Positions 41,818-50,704 of a DNA stretch of 64,000 nt are shown here, piece after piece. Within the stretch, counting starts at the first letter, position 1. Every line of letters begins with the position of its first letter. Made by a program: the position numbers and the translations under genes. A model generated the notes under the pieces. It did not search any database. It saw only the letters and a program-made list of their open reading frames with translations, and was not told the origin of the DNA. This DNA is from an uncultured Piscirickettsiaceae bacterium. GTDB lineage: Bacteria; Pseudomonadota; Gammaproteobacteria; Thiomicrospirales; Thiomicrospiraceae. Where the stretch lies: NCBI GenBank assembly GCA_964471975.1, contig CAYYIL010000006.1, positions 13,034-77,033 on the forward strand, read 5' to 3'.

Positions 41818-42399
41818 TCAGGCGCGCAACTGCACTGTGCAAGACGCCTTCAGCCGGGCCGCCTGCGCCGCGCTGTGGCTCACCCACACCGCCCCCCGCC
41901 CTGGCGCCGCAGCCAGATACTCCTGCAGCAGAGATTCAACCCGGATGGCTGTGGCGTCATCCAGATTGGCCGTGGGCTCGTCCAGAAGCAGAATGCGCGG
42001 CTGACGCACCAGCCCGCGCAGCAGCGCCAGCCGCTGCTGTTCGCCACTGGAGAGCATGGCAATGGGCTTTTCCAGTAGCTCGGGCGCAAGCTCCAGCGCC
42101 GCCAGCCAGTCTGGGGACGGCGGAGACATAAAGTGCTGCGCCGCCGTGTCACGCCACCAGGCCGGCTGTGCCGGAAAGTACATCACCGCGGCCCGCCAGT
42201 CGCACGGCTTCCACCGTTGCTGTGGCATATCATCCAGCAGAATGTTACCTTCGTGCGGGTCCAGATCCGCCAGCGCGCGCAGCAGGCGCGACTTGCCGCT
42301 GCCGGACGGTCCCTGCACCAGCAAGATCTCGCCCGTCTGCAGCGCCAGATCCACTGGTGCGGCCATACCCGCACTGAACACGCGTGATGCTCGGAACAC
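41818..42399 (-). CDS. fetA: FetA/YbbL-like ABC transporter ATP-binding protein
   Basis: Walker A GPSGSGKS, signature LSSGEQQR and Walker B ILLLDEPT. GTG start at 42399. Short (193 aa), like YbbL-type ATPases. Confidence 0.65.
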   Translation of the reverse strand: MFRASRVFSAGMAAPVDLALQTGEILLVQGPSGSGKSRLLRALADLDPHEGNILLDDMPQQRWKPCDWRAAVMYFPAQPAWWRDTAAQHFMSPPSPDWLAALELAPELLEKPIAMLSSGEQQRLALLRGLVRQPRILLLDEPTANLDDATAIRVESLLQEYLAAAPGRGAVWVSHSAAQAARLKASCTVQLRA

Positions 42400-42487
42400 G
42401 TCTTTACCTTCATCGAGAGACTAAAAACAAGGGCGCGCCCGGCCTGTGCCGTGACGCGCCCCAAAAAGCTTTTTGACCTTGGTCAGC

Positions 42488-43186
42488 TTAACACATGACC
42501 TGCATGGCGCTGTAGTCCTTGCCACCGGTCACAACACTCTGACCGGAAACCGCCTGTTTGTAGGCCCGGCGACCGTATTCCTTTTTCAGCTTGCGCTTGT
42601 AGGCGCGGAAAAATGCCTTGAGGGGATCATGCCCGTACAATCCTTCTGCCCAGTAGGTATCCGTGGCCTTGTCCCACGCCAGCTTAACCGCCATCAGCGG
42701 ATCGGGCGCCGGCCCCTTGGTGACCTTGCCGCCCTGCAGGGGATCATAAACGCTGTTGTGGGCACAGCAGACGATCTGACCTGCGCCGCCGGCCACCTCG
42801 CTCTTGCCCGGATTGTAGTTCATCATGCTCAGCTGCCTGCTGGGGTACTGCAGCTGATGCTGACAGATGGCCAGAAATGCCACCACCGACTGCTGCGGTC
42901 CCACACCGCCCAGCCACTGGTATTGGCTGCCGTCCTCTTCGCTCAGCTCCACGCCGCCCTTGACCGGCTGCCCAAGATCGATCAGAAAGCAGGGTGTCGA
43001 ACGATAGGGATAGGCGAACACGTATTCGGTACGAGGCTGAATCGCCTTGCTGGTCAATGGCTTGCCATCCGCCCCTACAAGCTGGACCCGCTCGAAATCG
43101 AGCGTAGCGGCATAGGTGAGAAATTGCGGCACCGCCGCAGCAGCTACCCCCGCTGCACAGGTCTTGATGAATGCACGTCGCTTCAT
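42488..43186 (-). CDS. Tat-exported Rieske-type [2Fe-2S]-like protein, partner of the FccB-like flavoprotein
   Basis: Tat motif KRRAFIK. Ligand pattern C-Q-H, 29 residues, then C-C-A-H-NSVYDP..GGKV.KGPAPDPL. No CXXCH heme site. Confidence 0.55.
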   Translation of the reverse strand: MKRRAFIKTCAAGVAAAAVPQFLTYAATLDFERVQLVGADGKPLTSKAIQPRTEYVFAYPYRSTPCFLIDLGQPVKGGVELSEEDGSQYQWLGGVGPQQSVVAFLAICQHQLQYPSRQLSMMNYNPGKSEVAGGAGQIVCCAHNSVYDPLQGGKVTKGPAPDPLMAVKLAWDKATDTYWAEGLYGHDPLKAFFRAYKRKLKKEYGRRAYKQAVSGQSVVTGGKDYSAMQVMC

Positions 43187-43250
43187 GCTGATTTCCTCCT
43201 TGAAAAAAGGGCGCCGCAGCGCCCCAACGAACCGCCTTTTGCACCGCGAT

Positions 43251-44636
43251 TCAGTTGATCATGTCGTTGTACATGCCTTCTGCCCAGGCGAGATTGGCCT
43301 GTCCCAGCTGCGGGCTCCACTGTTCCTTGAGGATGACGTCGGTAAAGCCAGCCAGCTGACGACCCTTGTATTTGTATTTGGCATCCACCATGATGGATTC
43401 GAGCGGGTCGGTCTTGACCGCCGAATAGCAGATGGTATGCGGGCTTTCCCATTTGGGCAACGGCTTGCCCTGGGCGTGCGCTGCCACCACCTTGGCCACA
43501 TAGTGCGCCTCGGAGTTGGACGTGTTGCCCGACTTGGAGTACCCCATGGGACGCGCGTCACCGGTCACATAGACGTGCTCGTCGCCCTTGGCCTGATAGG
43601 TGAACGGATCGATATCCGCTTCAAACTGTGTGCCCGGCTTGACCAGATCCATCATTTCGATCAGCTTGGCGCCGCGCACCGGCGGATAGATGGCCGCATC
43701 GGCGAAATCGTAGGTATCCCTGAAGCCTTCGGTTTCGGCGATCACCTGCTGCTTCTCGGCATCCACACCCACGATATTGACGCCCGGCACGTATTCCACA
43801 TAGTCCTTGTAAAGGGTATCGTAAGCATGGTGGAAGCCGTCGCGCTTGATGGTAATGTCCGGGTTCATATCCAGCACGACAACCTTGCCCTTGATCTTGT
43901 TCTTCTTGAAGTAATCGGCCACCAGACAGGCGCGCTCATAAGGCCCCGGCAGACAGCGGTAGTTGCCGGAAGGCACCGTCTGAATAAAGATGCCACCGTC
44001 AAAGTCTTCCAGCTTGCCGCGCAGGGTCAGGTGCTCGGACCCCGGCATGAATCCGGCCGGGAACTTCTTGCGCAGAATCCATTCATGATCCACATCCACG
44101 CCGATCTTGCGGTAGTTGTAGTCGATGCCGGGGGCGACCACCAGGTAGTCATACTTGATGGCACCACGGTCGGTATAGAGGATGCGGCTGTCCCGATCTG
44201 CGGTAATGGCCGTGGCGTTATAGAAGATATAGCCGTTGTTGCGCGCGGCGTCATCATAGGAGTGCAGCAGGAAGTCCGTGTCCACCGCGCCGGCCAGCCA
44301 GATATTGCTGATGGGGCAGGACATGAACATGCTGTTCTTTTCCACCAGCACCACATCGAACTTGTCGTAGTATTTCTTCAGATATTTGGCCATGGTCAGC
44401 CCCGACCAGCCGCCGCCGATCACCACTGCACGCGGCCCCTTGGGCTTGGGCAGGTCGGCTGGACTGCTGATCAGTGCGGGTGCATGCCCGCCCGCCGTCT
44501 CTGCCTTGGTGGGGTTTGACTGACAGGCACCCATCATGGCGGCGCCGGCACCGGCCGCCGCTCCGCCCATGAATTTCAGCACCCCGCGACGGGAGACTCT
44601 GGCTTTGCTGTTGTCATCCATATGCTTTCTCCTCAT
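43251..44636 (-). CDS. FccB/SoxF-like periplasmic FAD-dependent sulfide dehydrogenase flavoprotein
   Basis: Tat motif SRRGVLKF, dinucleotide fold AVVIGGGWSGLTMAKYLKK, then FMSCPISNIWLAG, resembling the FCSD redox-Cys region. Alternative start at 44621. Confidence 0.7.
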   Translation of the reverse strand: MRRKHMDDNSKARVSRRGVLKFMGGAAAGAGAAMMGACQSNPTKAETAGGHAPALISSPADLPKPKGPRAVVIGGGWSGLTMAKYLKKYYDKFDVVLVEKNSMFMSCPISNIWLAGAVDTDFLLHSYDDAARNNGYIFYNATAITADRDSRILYTDRGAIKYDYLVVAPGIDYNYRKIGVDVDHEWILRKKFPAGFMPGSEHLTLRGKLEDFDGGIFIQTVPSGNYRCLPGPYERACLVADYFKKNKIKGKVVVLDMNPDITIKRDGFHHAYDTLYKDYVEYVPGVNIVGVDAEKQQVIAETEGFRDTYDFADAAIYPPVRGAKLIEMMDLVKPGTQFEADIDPFTYQAKGDEHVYVTGDARPMGYSKSGNTSNSEAHYVAKVVAAHAQGKPLPKWESPHTICYSAVKTDPLESIMVDAKYKYKGRQLAGFTDVILKEQWSPQLGQANLAWAEGMYNDMIN

Positions 44637-45161
44637 GAAGGCTTTGTCATAACGCCATCCACTGAAGGTGACGGCCTATTTTCAAATGCAGTGCCGCATT
44701 GCCACGACGCTGCATATCAGGCATGAACAGCATAAATAAAAACAACCTGTTGCGGCATTCAAAAAAAATATAAAACCCTTTCAAAATACAATAATATAAT
44801 TAACAGCCAATATAAACAAAACATCTTATAATTCAATGTAATGGGAAAACTTGCTCAATTAAAGAATGATGTTTATACCAAGAAGTGGATAAACTTTTTA
44901 TATAAAAAACATGAAATGAACGGATAAAAAGAAACCTGTTCTGCCAGCCAAGCCAGTAAAAATATAGAGAGGAGAAAGGAGAAGATGTCTATGCAGCGCT
45001 CGTAAACATGGGCACCTCCGCAAAACCTATGAATGCGCTCGCGTTGCAGGCGCGATGGCAGCAGATTCAAGGCGCGCGGCGCAGCCTTTGGTGGCGCCAA
45101 AGGCAAGACGTGCAACACAGAAGATGCTGCCATCCCGCCGCAACCCGAAGGGACAGGCCCG

Positions 45162-45193
45162 CACCCTGCCACCCTGCCACCCTGCCACCCTGC
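45162..45193. repeat. Perfect tandem repeat (CACCCTGC)x4
   Basis: Read directly. Lies in the 646-bp spacer between the uvrD stop and the fccB-like start. Confidence 0.9.
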
Positions 45194-45282
45194 CAGGGAC
45201 AATTTTGCTAATGCCAAAGGCTGCCCGAACCAGCCATCAGCGTGCCCACGAATGCATACCACGATTTGGAAAGCAGCCTCAG

Positions 45283-47478
45283 TTACAGGCGGATCAGTTT
45301 CGCCACCGCCAGCATGAGCCACTTGCTGCCATGCTCATCGAAATGCACCTGCACCCGTGCCTGTGGACCATCCCCTTCCAGTCCGATGACAATACCCTCA
45401 CCGAAACGGTCGTGCAGCACGCGGTCGCCGATGGCGAAAGGGGGGTCCCCGACTTTTTGCAAGCCGCTTTTCCGGCCGCCGGCGCCAAAACCGCCTCCAA
45501 GCGCGCCTGCAGGGCGTACGGAGGCTTTAGGACGGATTTCTTCCACGCAGTCTGGCGGCAGTTCACTCAAAAAGCGCGACGGCAGTGGAAAGCGCTCCTG
45601 CCCGTGCCAGCGGCGCTTCTCGCACCAGGTCATCACCAGTTCTTCCCGCGCACGGGTAATGCCCACGTAGGCGAGACGACGCTCTTCTTCCAGCCGTGCC
45701 GGGTCGTCGATGGACTGCTGCGACGGGAACAGCCCCTCTTCCATGCCGGTCATGATCACCAGCGGAAACTCCAGCCCCTTGGCGGCGTGCAGGGTCATCA
45801 CCTGGACGCAGCTCTCCCACTGCGCCGCCTGATGCTCGCCCGCCTCCAGTGCCGCCTGATTGAGGAACGCCTGCAGGGGCGTTTCGGCGGCGGCGCCCTC
45901 ATCGGGACGGAACTGCGCCGCGGCATTGATCAGTTCGTCCAGGTTCTCCAGCTTGGACTGCGCCTGCTCGCTCTTGTGCTTGTCCTTTTCCAGGTGCGCC
46001 TGCAGGCCGGAGCGACTGATGACGGTCATCACCTGCTGGTCCAGCGGCATGTCGGCGGTGTCGGCCGCCAGCTGGTCGATCAAATCGAGAAAGCCTTTCA
46101 CTGCCCCGGCCGCTCGAGCGGTGAGGCGGCCGCTTTCCAGCAGCCGCTGCGCCGCCTGCCACAGGGAGGTGCCCTGCGCCAGTGCTTCGGCGCGCAGGGT
46201 TTCCAGCGTACGCGCGCCGATGCCGCGTGGCGGGTTGTTGATGACGCGGTCGAAGCTGGCATCATCGTCGCGGTTGAGCAGCAGGCGCAGGTAGGCGAGC
46301 ACGTCCTTGATTTCCGCACGCTCGTAAAAGCGCAAACCGCCATAGACACGATAGGGAATACCGGCGCGCAGCAGCGCCTGTTCCAGCACCCGCGACTGGG
46401 CGTTGGAGCGGTACAGCACCGCCACGTCATACCGGCTGCCGCCACGTTCGAGCCAGCGCTCCACCTGGCGCACAACAAAATCCGCCTCCTCCAGTTCGTT
46501 GAAGGCGCGATAGATGCGGATGGGCTCGCCCTGCTCACCAGCGGTCCACAGGTTCTTGCCCATGCGGCCGCTGTTGTGGGCAATCAGCGTATTGGCGGCC
46601 CTGAGAATGGTGGCGGTGGAGCGGTAGTTCTGCTCCAGCCGGATCACGCGCACGTCTGCAAAGTCGTCGCTGAAACGGTGCACATGCTCCACGCGTGCGC
46701 CGCGCCAGCCATAGATGGACTGGTCGTCGTCGCCCACCACGAACAGCCGCCCGGTGCCGCCGGCCAGCACCCGCAGCCAGGCATACTGCAGCGCATTGGT
46801 GTCCTGAAACTCGTCCACGAGGATGTGCTGAAAGCGCTGTTGGTAGTGCGCCAGCAGCTGCGGGTTTTTCAGCCACAGTTCATGGGCACGCAGCAGCAGT
46901 TCGGCAAAATCCACCAGCCCGTTCTGCTGGCACTGCTGCTCATAGGCGTGGTACACGCGCAGCAGGGTTTCCACATAGGGGTTGTGCTGCGGATCGATAT
47001 GGGCAGCGCGCAGTCCCTCTTCCTTGTTTCCGTTGATGAAGCCCTGCACCTGACGCACCGGCCACTGCTGCTCGTCCAGCTCCAGATCACGCAACAGGCG
47101 CTTGAGCAGGCGCTTCTGGTCATCACTGTCGATCACCTGAAAATTCTGCGCCAGCCCGGCCTCGCGCCAGTGCTGGCGCAGCAGGCGGTAGGCGATGCCG
47201 TGAAAGGTGCCCAGCGTGAGGCCTTCCGCCTTGCCGCCGATCAGCTCGAAGGAGCGCCCGCGCATTTCGCTGGCGGCCTTGTTGGTAAAGGTAACCGCAA
47301 GGATGTTGTAGGGCGACACGCCCAGCGCCTCCACCAGCCAGCCAATGCGGTGCACCAGCACGCGCGTCTTGCCGGAGCCGGCCCCGGCGAGCACCAGCGC
47401 GTGGCAGTCCACCGACAAAGTGACCGCCTCGCGCTGGGCATCATTGAGATCATTAAGGAGAAAAGAGATGTCGTCCAT
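45283..47478 (-). CDS. uvrD: DNA helicase II (UvrD)
   Basis: LNDAQREAV, Walker A AGAGSGKTRVL, VDEFQDTN, and the C-terminal GDRVLHDRFGEGIVIGLEG. ATG at 47478 gives 732 aa. Confidence 0.9.
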   Translation of the reverse strand: MDDISFLLNDLNDAQREAVTLSVDCHALVLAGAGSGKTRVLVHRIGWLVEALGVSPYNILAVTFTNKAASEMRGRSFELIGGKAEGLTLGTFHGIAYRLLRQHWREAGLAQNFQVIDSDDQKRLLKRLLRDLELDEQQWPVRQVQGFINGNKEEGLRAAHIDPQHNPYVETLLRVYHAYEQQCQQNGLVDFAELLLRAHELWLKNPQLLAHYQQRFQHILVDEFQDTNALQYAWLRVLAGGTGRLFVVGDDDQSIYGWRGARVEHVHRFSDDFADVRVIRLEQNYRSTATILRAANTLIAHNSGRMGKNLWTAGEQGEPIRIYRAFNELEEADFVVRQVERWLERGGSRYDVAVLYRSNAQSRVLEQALLRAGIPYRVYGGLRFYERAEIKDVLAYLRLLLNRDDDASFDRVINNPPRGIGARTLETLRAEALAQGTSLWQAAQRLLESGRLTARAAGAVKGFLDLIDQLAADTADMPLDQQVMTVISRSGLQAHLEKDKHKSEQAQSKLENLDELINAAAQFRPDEGAAAETPLQAFLNQAALEAGEHQAAQWESCVQVMTLHAAKGLEFPLVIMTGMEEGLFPSQQSIDDPARLEEERRLAYVGITRAREELVMTWCEKRRWHGQERFPLPSRFLSELPPDCVEEIRPKASVRPAGALGGGFGAGGRKSGLQKVGDPPFAIGDRVLHDRFGEGIVIGLEGDGPQARVQVHFDEHGSKWLMLAVAKLIRL
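45440..45458 (+). repeat. Copy of recurrent word (G)GGGGGTCCCCGACTTTTT inside uvrD
   Basis: Read directly. On the coding (minus) strand it is read as K-V-G-D-P-P, in the linker before the conserved UvrD C-terminal motif. Confidence 0.9.
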
Positions 47479-47704
47479 GCACGTTCCATTAAGTTTTGAT
47501 GAATTCTGCTGCCAGAAGGAGGAATTTTCTTGCAATCGGAGGGGGCTTTGTGATAAAAAGCGATCCATTAACGATTAACTGGCCCGCAAATCGCGCGAGC
47601 AGCTAGTATACCCCGCTCTGAATCCCTTTCCCGATCGATGCGCACAGCAGTTTCTGATCCTGCCGATTCAGGGGTAGCCATATCAAAAACAGGAGGAGTT
47701 TCCC

Positions 47705-48031
47705 ATGAGCGAACACATTGTAAACGTGAGCGACGAAACCTTTGAGAGCGAAGTGCTGCAGGCCGACCAGCCGGTGCTGGTGGACTTCTGGGCCGAGTGG
47801 TGCGGTCCCTGCAAGATGATCGCGCCCATTCTGGACGAAATCGCGCAGGAATATGCCGGCAAACTGAAAGTGGCCAAGCTGAACATCGACGACAACCCGG
47901 CCACCCCACCCAAGTACGGCGTGCGCGGCATTCCAACACTCATGCTGTTTGCAAACGGCGAAGTCAAGGCCACCCAGGTGGGTGCGCTGTCCAAGTCGCA
48001 GCTGAGCGAATTCCTGAACAGCAACCTGTAA
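47705..48031 (+). CDS. trxA: Thioredoxin 1
   Basis: [13 protein letters not shown] active site. 108 aa. RBS AGGAGG. Confidence 0.97.
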   Translation: MSEHIVNVSDETFESEVLQADQPVLVDFWAEWCGPCKMIAPILDEIAQEYAGKLKVAKLNIDDNPATPPKYGVRGIPTLMLFANGEVKATQVGALSKSQLSEFLNSNL

Positions 48032-48044
48032 ATCTGCCTTCTGC

Positions 48045-48066
48045 GGATGCGGCCCCGGCCGCATCC
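48045..48066 (+). promoter_or_regulatory. GC-rich stem-loop in the trxA-rho spacer (rho leader region)
   Basis: GGATGCGGC-cccg-GCCGCATCC with no T-run. The position matches the leader in which rho is autoregulated in enterobacteria. Its function here is inferred only. Confidence 0.35.
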
Positions 48067-48146
48067 CGCCCTCTTCGCCGTCCGGCAGCGCACTTTCCCG
48101 ACAACCAACGATACAACCATCCGAACACCCAAGGACAACAACCTGT

Positions 48147-49412
48147 ATGAACCTGGCAGACCTCAAGAAAAAGTCCGTCGCGGAACTTCTGAAAATCGCC
48201 GAGGAACTCGGCCTGGAAAACCTGGCGCGACTGCGCAAGCAGGACATCATCTTTTCCATCCTCAAGGCCAAGGCGTCCCGTGGCGAAGACATCTACGGCG
48301 AAGGGGTGCTGGAAATCCTGCCGGACGGCTTCGGTTTCCTGCGTTCCGCCGACAGCTCCTATCTGGCCGGACCGGACGACCTGTACGTCTCCCCCAACCA
48401 GATCCGCCGCTTCGGCCTGCGCACCGGTGACACCATTCAGGGCAAGATCCGCCCGCCCAAGGAGGGCGAAAAATACTTCGCCCTGCTGAAGGTGGAGAAG
48501 GTCAACTTCGAAGACCCCGAAGTGGCGCGCCGCAAGATCGCCTTCGAGAACCTCACCCCGCTGCACCCTACCCGCCGCATCAAGCTGGAGCTGGGCAACG
48601 GCACCACCGAAGACATCACCCCGCGCATTATCGATCTAGCCGCCCCGGTGGGCTTCGGCCAGCGCGGCCTCATCGTGGCGCCGCCCAAGTCGGGCAAGAC
48701 GGTCATTCTGCAGAACATTGCCCACTCCATCGAGCACAACTACCCGGATGCACACCTGATCGTGCTGCTGATCGATGAGCGCCCGGAAGAGGTGACCGAA
48801 ATGGAGCGCACCGTGCGCGGGGAAGTGGTCGCCTCCACCTTCGACGAGCCGGCCACGCGCCATGTGCAGGTAGCGGAAATGGTGATCGAAAAGGCCAAGC
48901 GGCTGGTGGAGCACAAGAAAGACGTAATCATTCTGCTCGACTCCATCACCCGTCTCGCCCGCGCCTACAACACGGTGGTGCCCGCCTCCGGCAAGATCCT
49001 CACCGGCGGTGTGGACGCCAACGCCCTGCACCGTCCCAAGCGCTTCTTCGGCGCGGCGCGCAACATTGAGGAAGGCGGCAGCCTCACCATCCTCGCCACC
49101 GCGCTGGTGGACACCGGCTCCAAGATGGACGAGGTGATCTTTGAAGAGTTCAAGGGCACCGGCAACATGGAGCTGCACCTGTCGCGCCATCTGGCTGAAA
49201 AGCGCCTCTTCCCGGCGATCAACATTCCCAAGTCGGGCACGCGCAAGGAAGAACTGCTGCTCAAGCCGGACGAACTGCAGGCCGCCTGGGTGCTGCGCCG
49301 CTTCCTCGGCAACATGGAAGAGAGCGAAGCCCTGCAGACGCTCATCGACCAGATGAAGCACACCAAGACCAACGAAGAACTCTTCATGGCGATGAAAAAC
49401 CACGCCAAGTAG
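48147..49412 (+). CDS. rho: Transcription termination factor Rho
   Basis: [22 protein letters not shown], the RNA-binding domain FGFLR, Walker A PPKSGKT and the full 421-aa architecture. Confidence 0.98.
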   Translation: MNLADLKKKSVAELLKIAEELGLENLARLRKQDIIFSILKAKASRGEDIYGEGVLEILPDGFGFLRSADSSYLAGPDDLYVSPNQIRRFGLRTGDTIQGKIRPPKEGEKYFALLKVEKVNFEDPEVARRKIAFENLTPLHPTRRIKLELGNGTTEDITPRIIDLAAPVGFGQRGLIVAPPKSGKTVILQNIAHSIEHNYPDAHLIVLLIDERPEEVTEMERTVRGEVVASTFDEPATRHVQVAEMVIEKAKRLVEHKKDVIILLDSITRLARAYNTVVPASGKILTGGVDANALHRPKRFFGAARNIEEGGSLTILATALVDTGSKMDEVIFEEFKGTGNMELHLSRHLAEKRLFPAINIPKSGTRKEELLLKPDELQAAWVLRRFLGNMEESEALQTLIDQMKHTKTNEELFMAMKNHAK

Positions 49413-49489
49413 TTGAAAGCCGGCAGCGAGGCTTCTATAATGCCCCGTTTCCGGGAAAACCCCTTATAAACGATTGCAGGAACACAGCT

Positions 49490-49738
49490 ATGAAACCAGG
49501 TATTCACCCAGAGTACAGAGAAGTCGCGTTTCAGGACATCGCCACCGGCGACATCTTCCTGACCCGCTCCACAGCCAAGACCTCTGGCGATACCATCGAA
49601 ATCGACGGCAAGGAAATCCCCGTAATCCGCGTGGAAATTTCCAGTGCTTCCCACCCCTTCTACACCGGCAAGCAGACCCTGGTGGATACCGAAGGGCGCG
49701 TGGAAAAGTTCCGTCAGAAGTATGGTATGCGCAAGTAA
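49490..49738 (+). CDS. rpmE2: 50S ribosomal protein L31, type B (no zinc-binding cysteines)
   Basis: [12 protein letters not shown]...SHPFYTGKQ. There is no Cys anywhere in the 82 aa. Confidence 0.9.
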   Translation: MKPGIHPEYREVAFQDIATGDIFLTRSTAKTSGDTIEIDGKEIPVIRVEISSASHPFYTGKQTLVDTEGRVEKFRQKYGMRK

Positions 49739-49763
49739 GCATCGCTTGGCATGCATTGAAAGG

Positions 49764-49784
49764 GGCCGCATCTGCGGCCTTTTT
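49764..49784 (+). terminator. Intrinsic terminator after rpmE2
   Basis: GGCCGCA-tct-GCGGCC followed by TTTTT. Confidence 0.75.
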
Positions 49785-49839
49785 CATATCTGCGCATCAG
49801 ACATGCGTCATCGGCACGAAACATGCTAACGTTTTCACC

Positions 49840-50679
49840 ATGAAACGACTGCTGACCCTTCTGATCACCCTGACCCTTTCAGCGCCCCTGCTGGCGGCAG
49901 ATGACTGCCTGCCCGCCAAGCCCGAGGCGCTCAAGTGGCGCACGGTGCAGTATGTGGTGCGCGGCGATCTGATCACCGCCGACAACATCAATATCGTGCT
50001 CGAGGGCGTGGTGGCGCCACGGCCGGCACGCCCCAACAAGTGGTATCAGCGCGAGGACGAACCGCTGGCCAAACAGGCAAAGCTGTTCCTGCTCAAGCTG
50101 TTCGCCAACCACGACATGAAGGTGGGGGTGGAGTATGACACCGTCAAGGTGGACCGTTTCCTGCGCGAAGTGGGGCACCTGTATTACCGCGACAAGCAGG
50201 GCCGCATCCGCTCTGTCCAGCAGGCACTTCTGCAGGCCGGCCTGGCACTGGCCGCCACCAACCCGCCCAATCTCAAGCACCAGAAATGCTACTACCGCGC
50301 CGAAAAGTCGGCCCGTGAGCGGGGTATCGGCATCTGGGGTGTGGCGAAAAAGTATCCGGCCCTGCACTACCCCATCATTCCCAGCAACAAGATTACCGCA
50401 CAGGATACCGGCTACCGCATCGTCAAGGGCCCGGTAAAGCGTATCGTCCCCATCCATGGCTTTGAGGCGGTCAATCTGGACACCACCGGCATCCGCATCC
50501 CCGAAAAGGACTTCAAGCACTACTGGAAACCCCGTGAGCTGCAGGCGCTCAAAGGCAAGACCATTGAAGTGCGTGGCCGCCCCTACTACTACAAGGGCCA
50601 CATGTACATGATTGTGCGCCACCCGTGGAGCATCGACCGCCTCAACCCCGTGTACGTCGCAACCCAGCTGGTAGAATAG
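49840..50679 (+). CDS. Secreted thermonuclease (SNase)-family protein
   Basis: ATG at 49840 with signal peptide [19 protein letters not shown]. SNase-like core: [19 protein letters not shown]...[11 protein letters not shown]...ALLQAGLA...[13 protein letters not shown]. Confidence 0.7.
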   Translation: MKRLLTLLITLTLSAPLLAADDCLPAKPEALKWRTVQYVVRGDLITADNINIVLEGVVAPRPARPNKWYQREDEPLAKQAKLFLLKLFANHDMKVGVEYDTVKVDRFLREVGHLYYRDKQGRIRSVQQALLQAGLALAATNPPNLKHQKCYYRAEKSARERGIGIWGVAKKYPALHYPIIPSNKITAQDTGYRIVKGPVKRIVPIHGFEAVNLDTTGIRIPEKDFKHYWKPRELQALKGKTIEVRGRPYYYKGHMYMIVRHPWSIDRLNPVYVATQLVE

Positions 50680-50704
50680 TCTTTTTACCTGCTGGAACCG
50701 CGCC

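Noticed and set aside
44655-44690. Possible sigma54 promoter (TGGCAATGCGGCACTGCA on the minus strand) upstream of the fccB-like gene
   Set aside because: The GG and GC elements are spaced 2 nt too far apart relative to the TGGCAC-N5-TTGC consensus. This is not good enough to call.
44690-45000. AT-rich island as a replication origin or DNA-unwinding element
   Set aside because: I found only one 8/9 DnaA-box-like word (AGTGGATAA near 44893). There are no GATC sites and no clustered boxes, whereas the dnaA upstream spacer has three boxes. It is kept as a regulatory or foreign-DNA curiosity, not an oriC call.
45162-45193. Octamer array as a CRISPR-like or minisatellite element
   Set aside because: The units are only 8 bp and contiguous, with no spacers, and there are no cas genes. 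It is reported only as a simple tandem repeat.
44873-45322. 149-aa ORF on the minus strand across the AT-rich island and octamer repeats
   Set aside because: Its composition switches abruptly from Gly/Ala/Pro-rich to Phe/Leu/Ile/Lys-rich, following the local GC content. It overlaps the uvrD 3' end, has no RBS and shows no family resemblance. It is probably not coding.
45055-47499. 814-aa ORF on the + strand opposite uvrD. Similar long antisense ORFs lie at 1964..3325(-), 3367..4536(-), 9146..10780(-), 17930..19420(+), 23355..24839(+), 33264..35162(+), 37004..38452(-), 50642..51787(-) and 60115..62673(-).
   Set aside because: Each lies exactly antisense to a gene with unmistakable conserved motifs. 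Their translations are Arg/Gly/Ala/His/Gln-rich low-complexity sequence with no recognisable domains or ribosome-binding sites. This is the usual stop-codon-poor shadow frame of high-GC DNA.
47479-47704. LexA (SOS) box upstream of uvrD
   Set aside because: I found no CTGT-N8-ACAG palindrome on either strand of the uvrD/trxA divergent spacer.
49413-49489. Zur box upstream of the zinc-independent L31 (rpmE2)
   Set aside because: There is no AT-rich palindrome resembling GAAATGTTATAACATTTC-type Zur operators in the 77-bp spacer. Regulation cannot be inferred.
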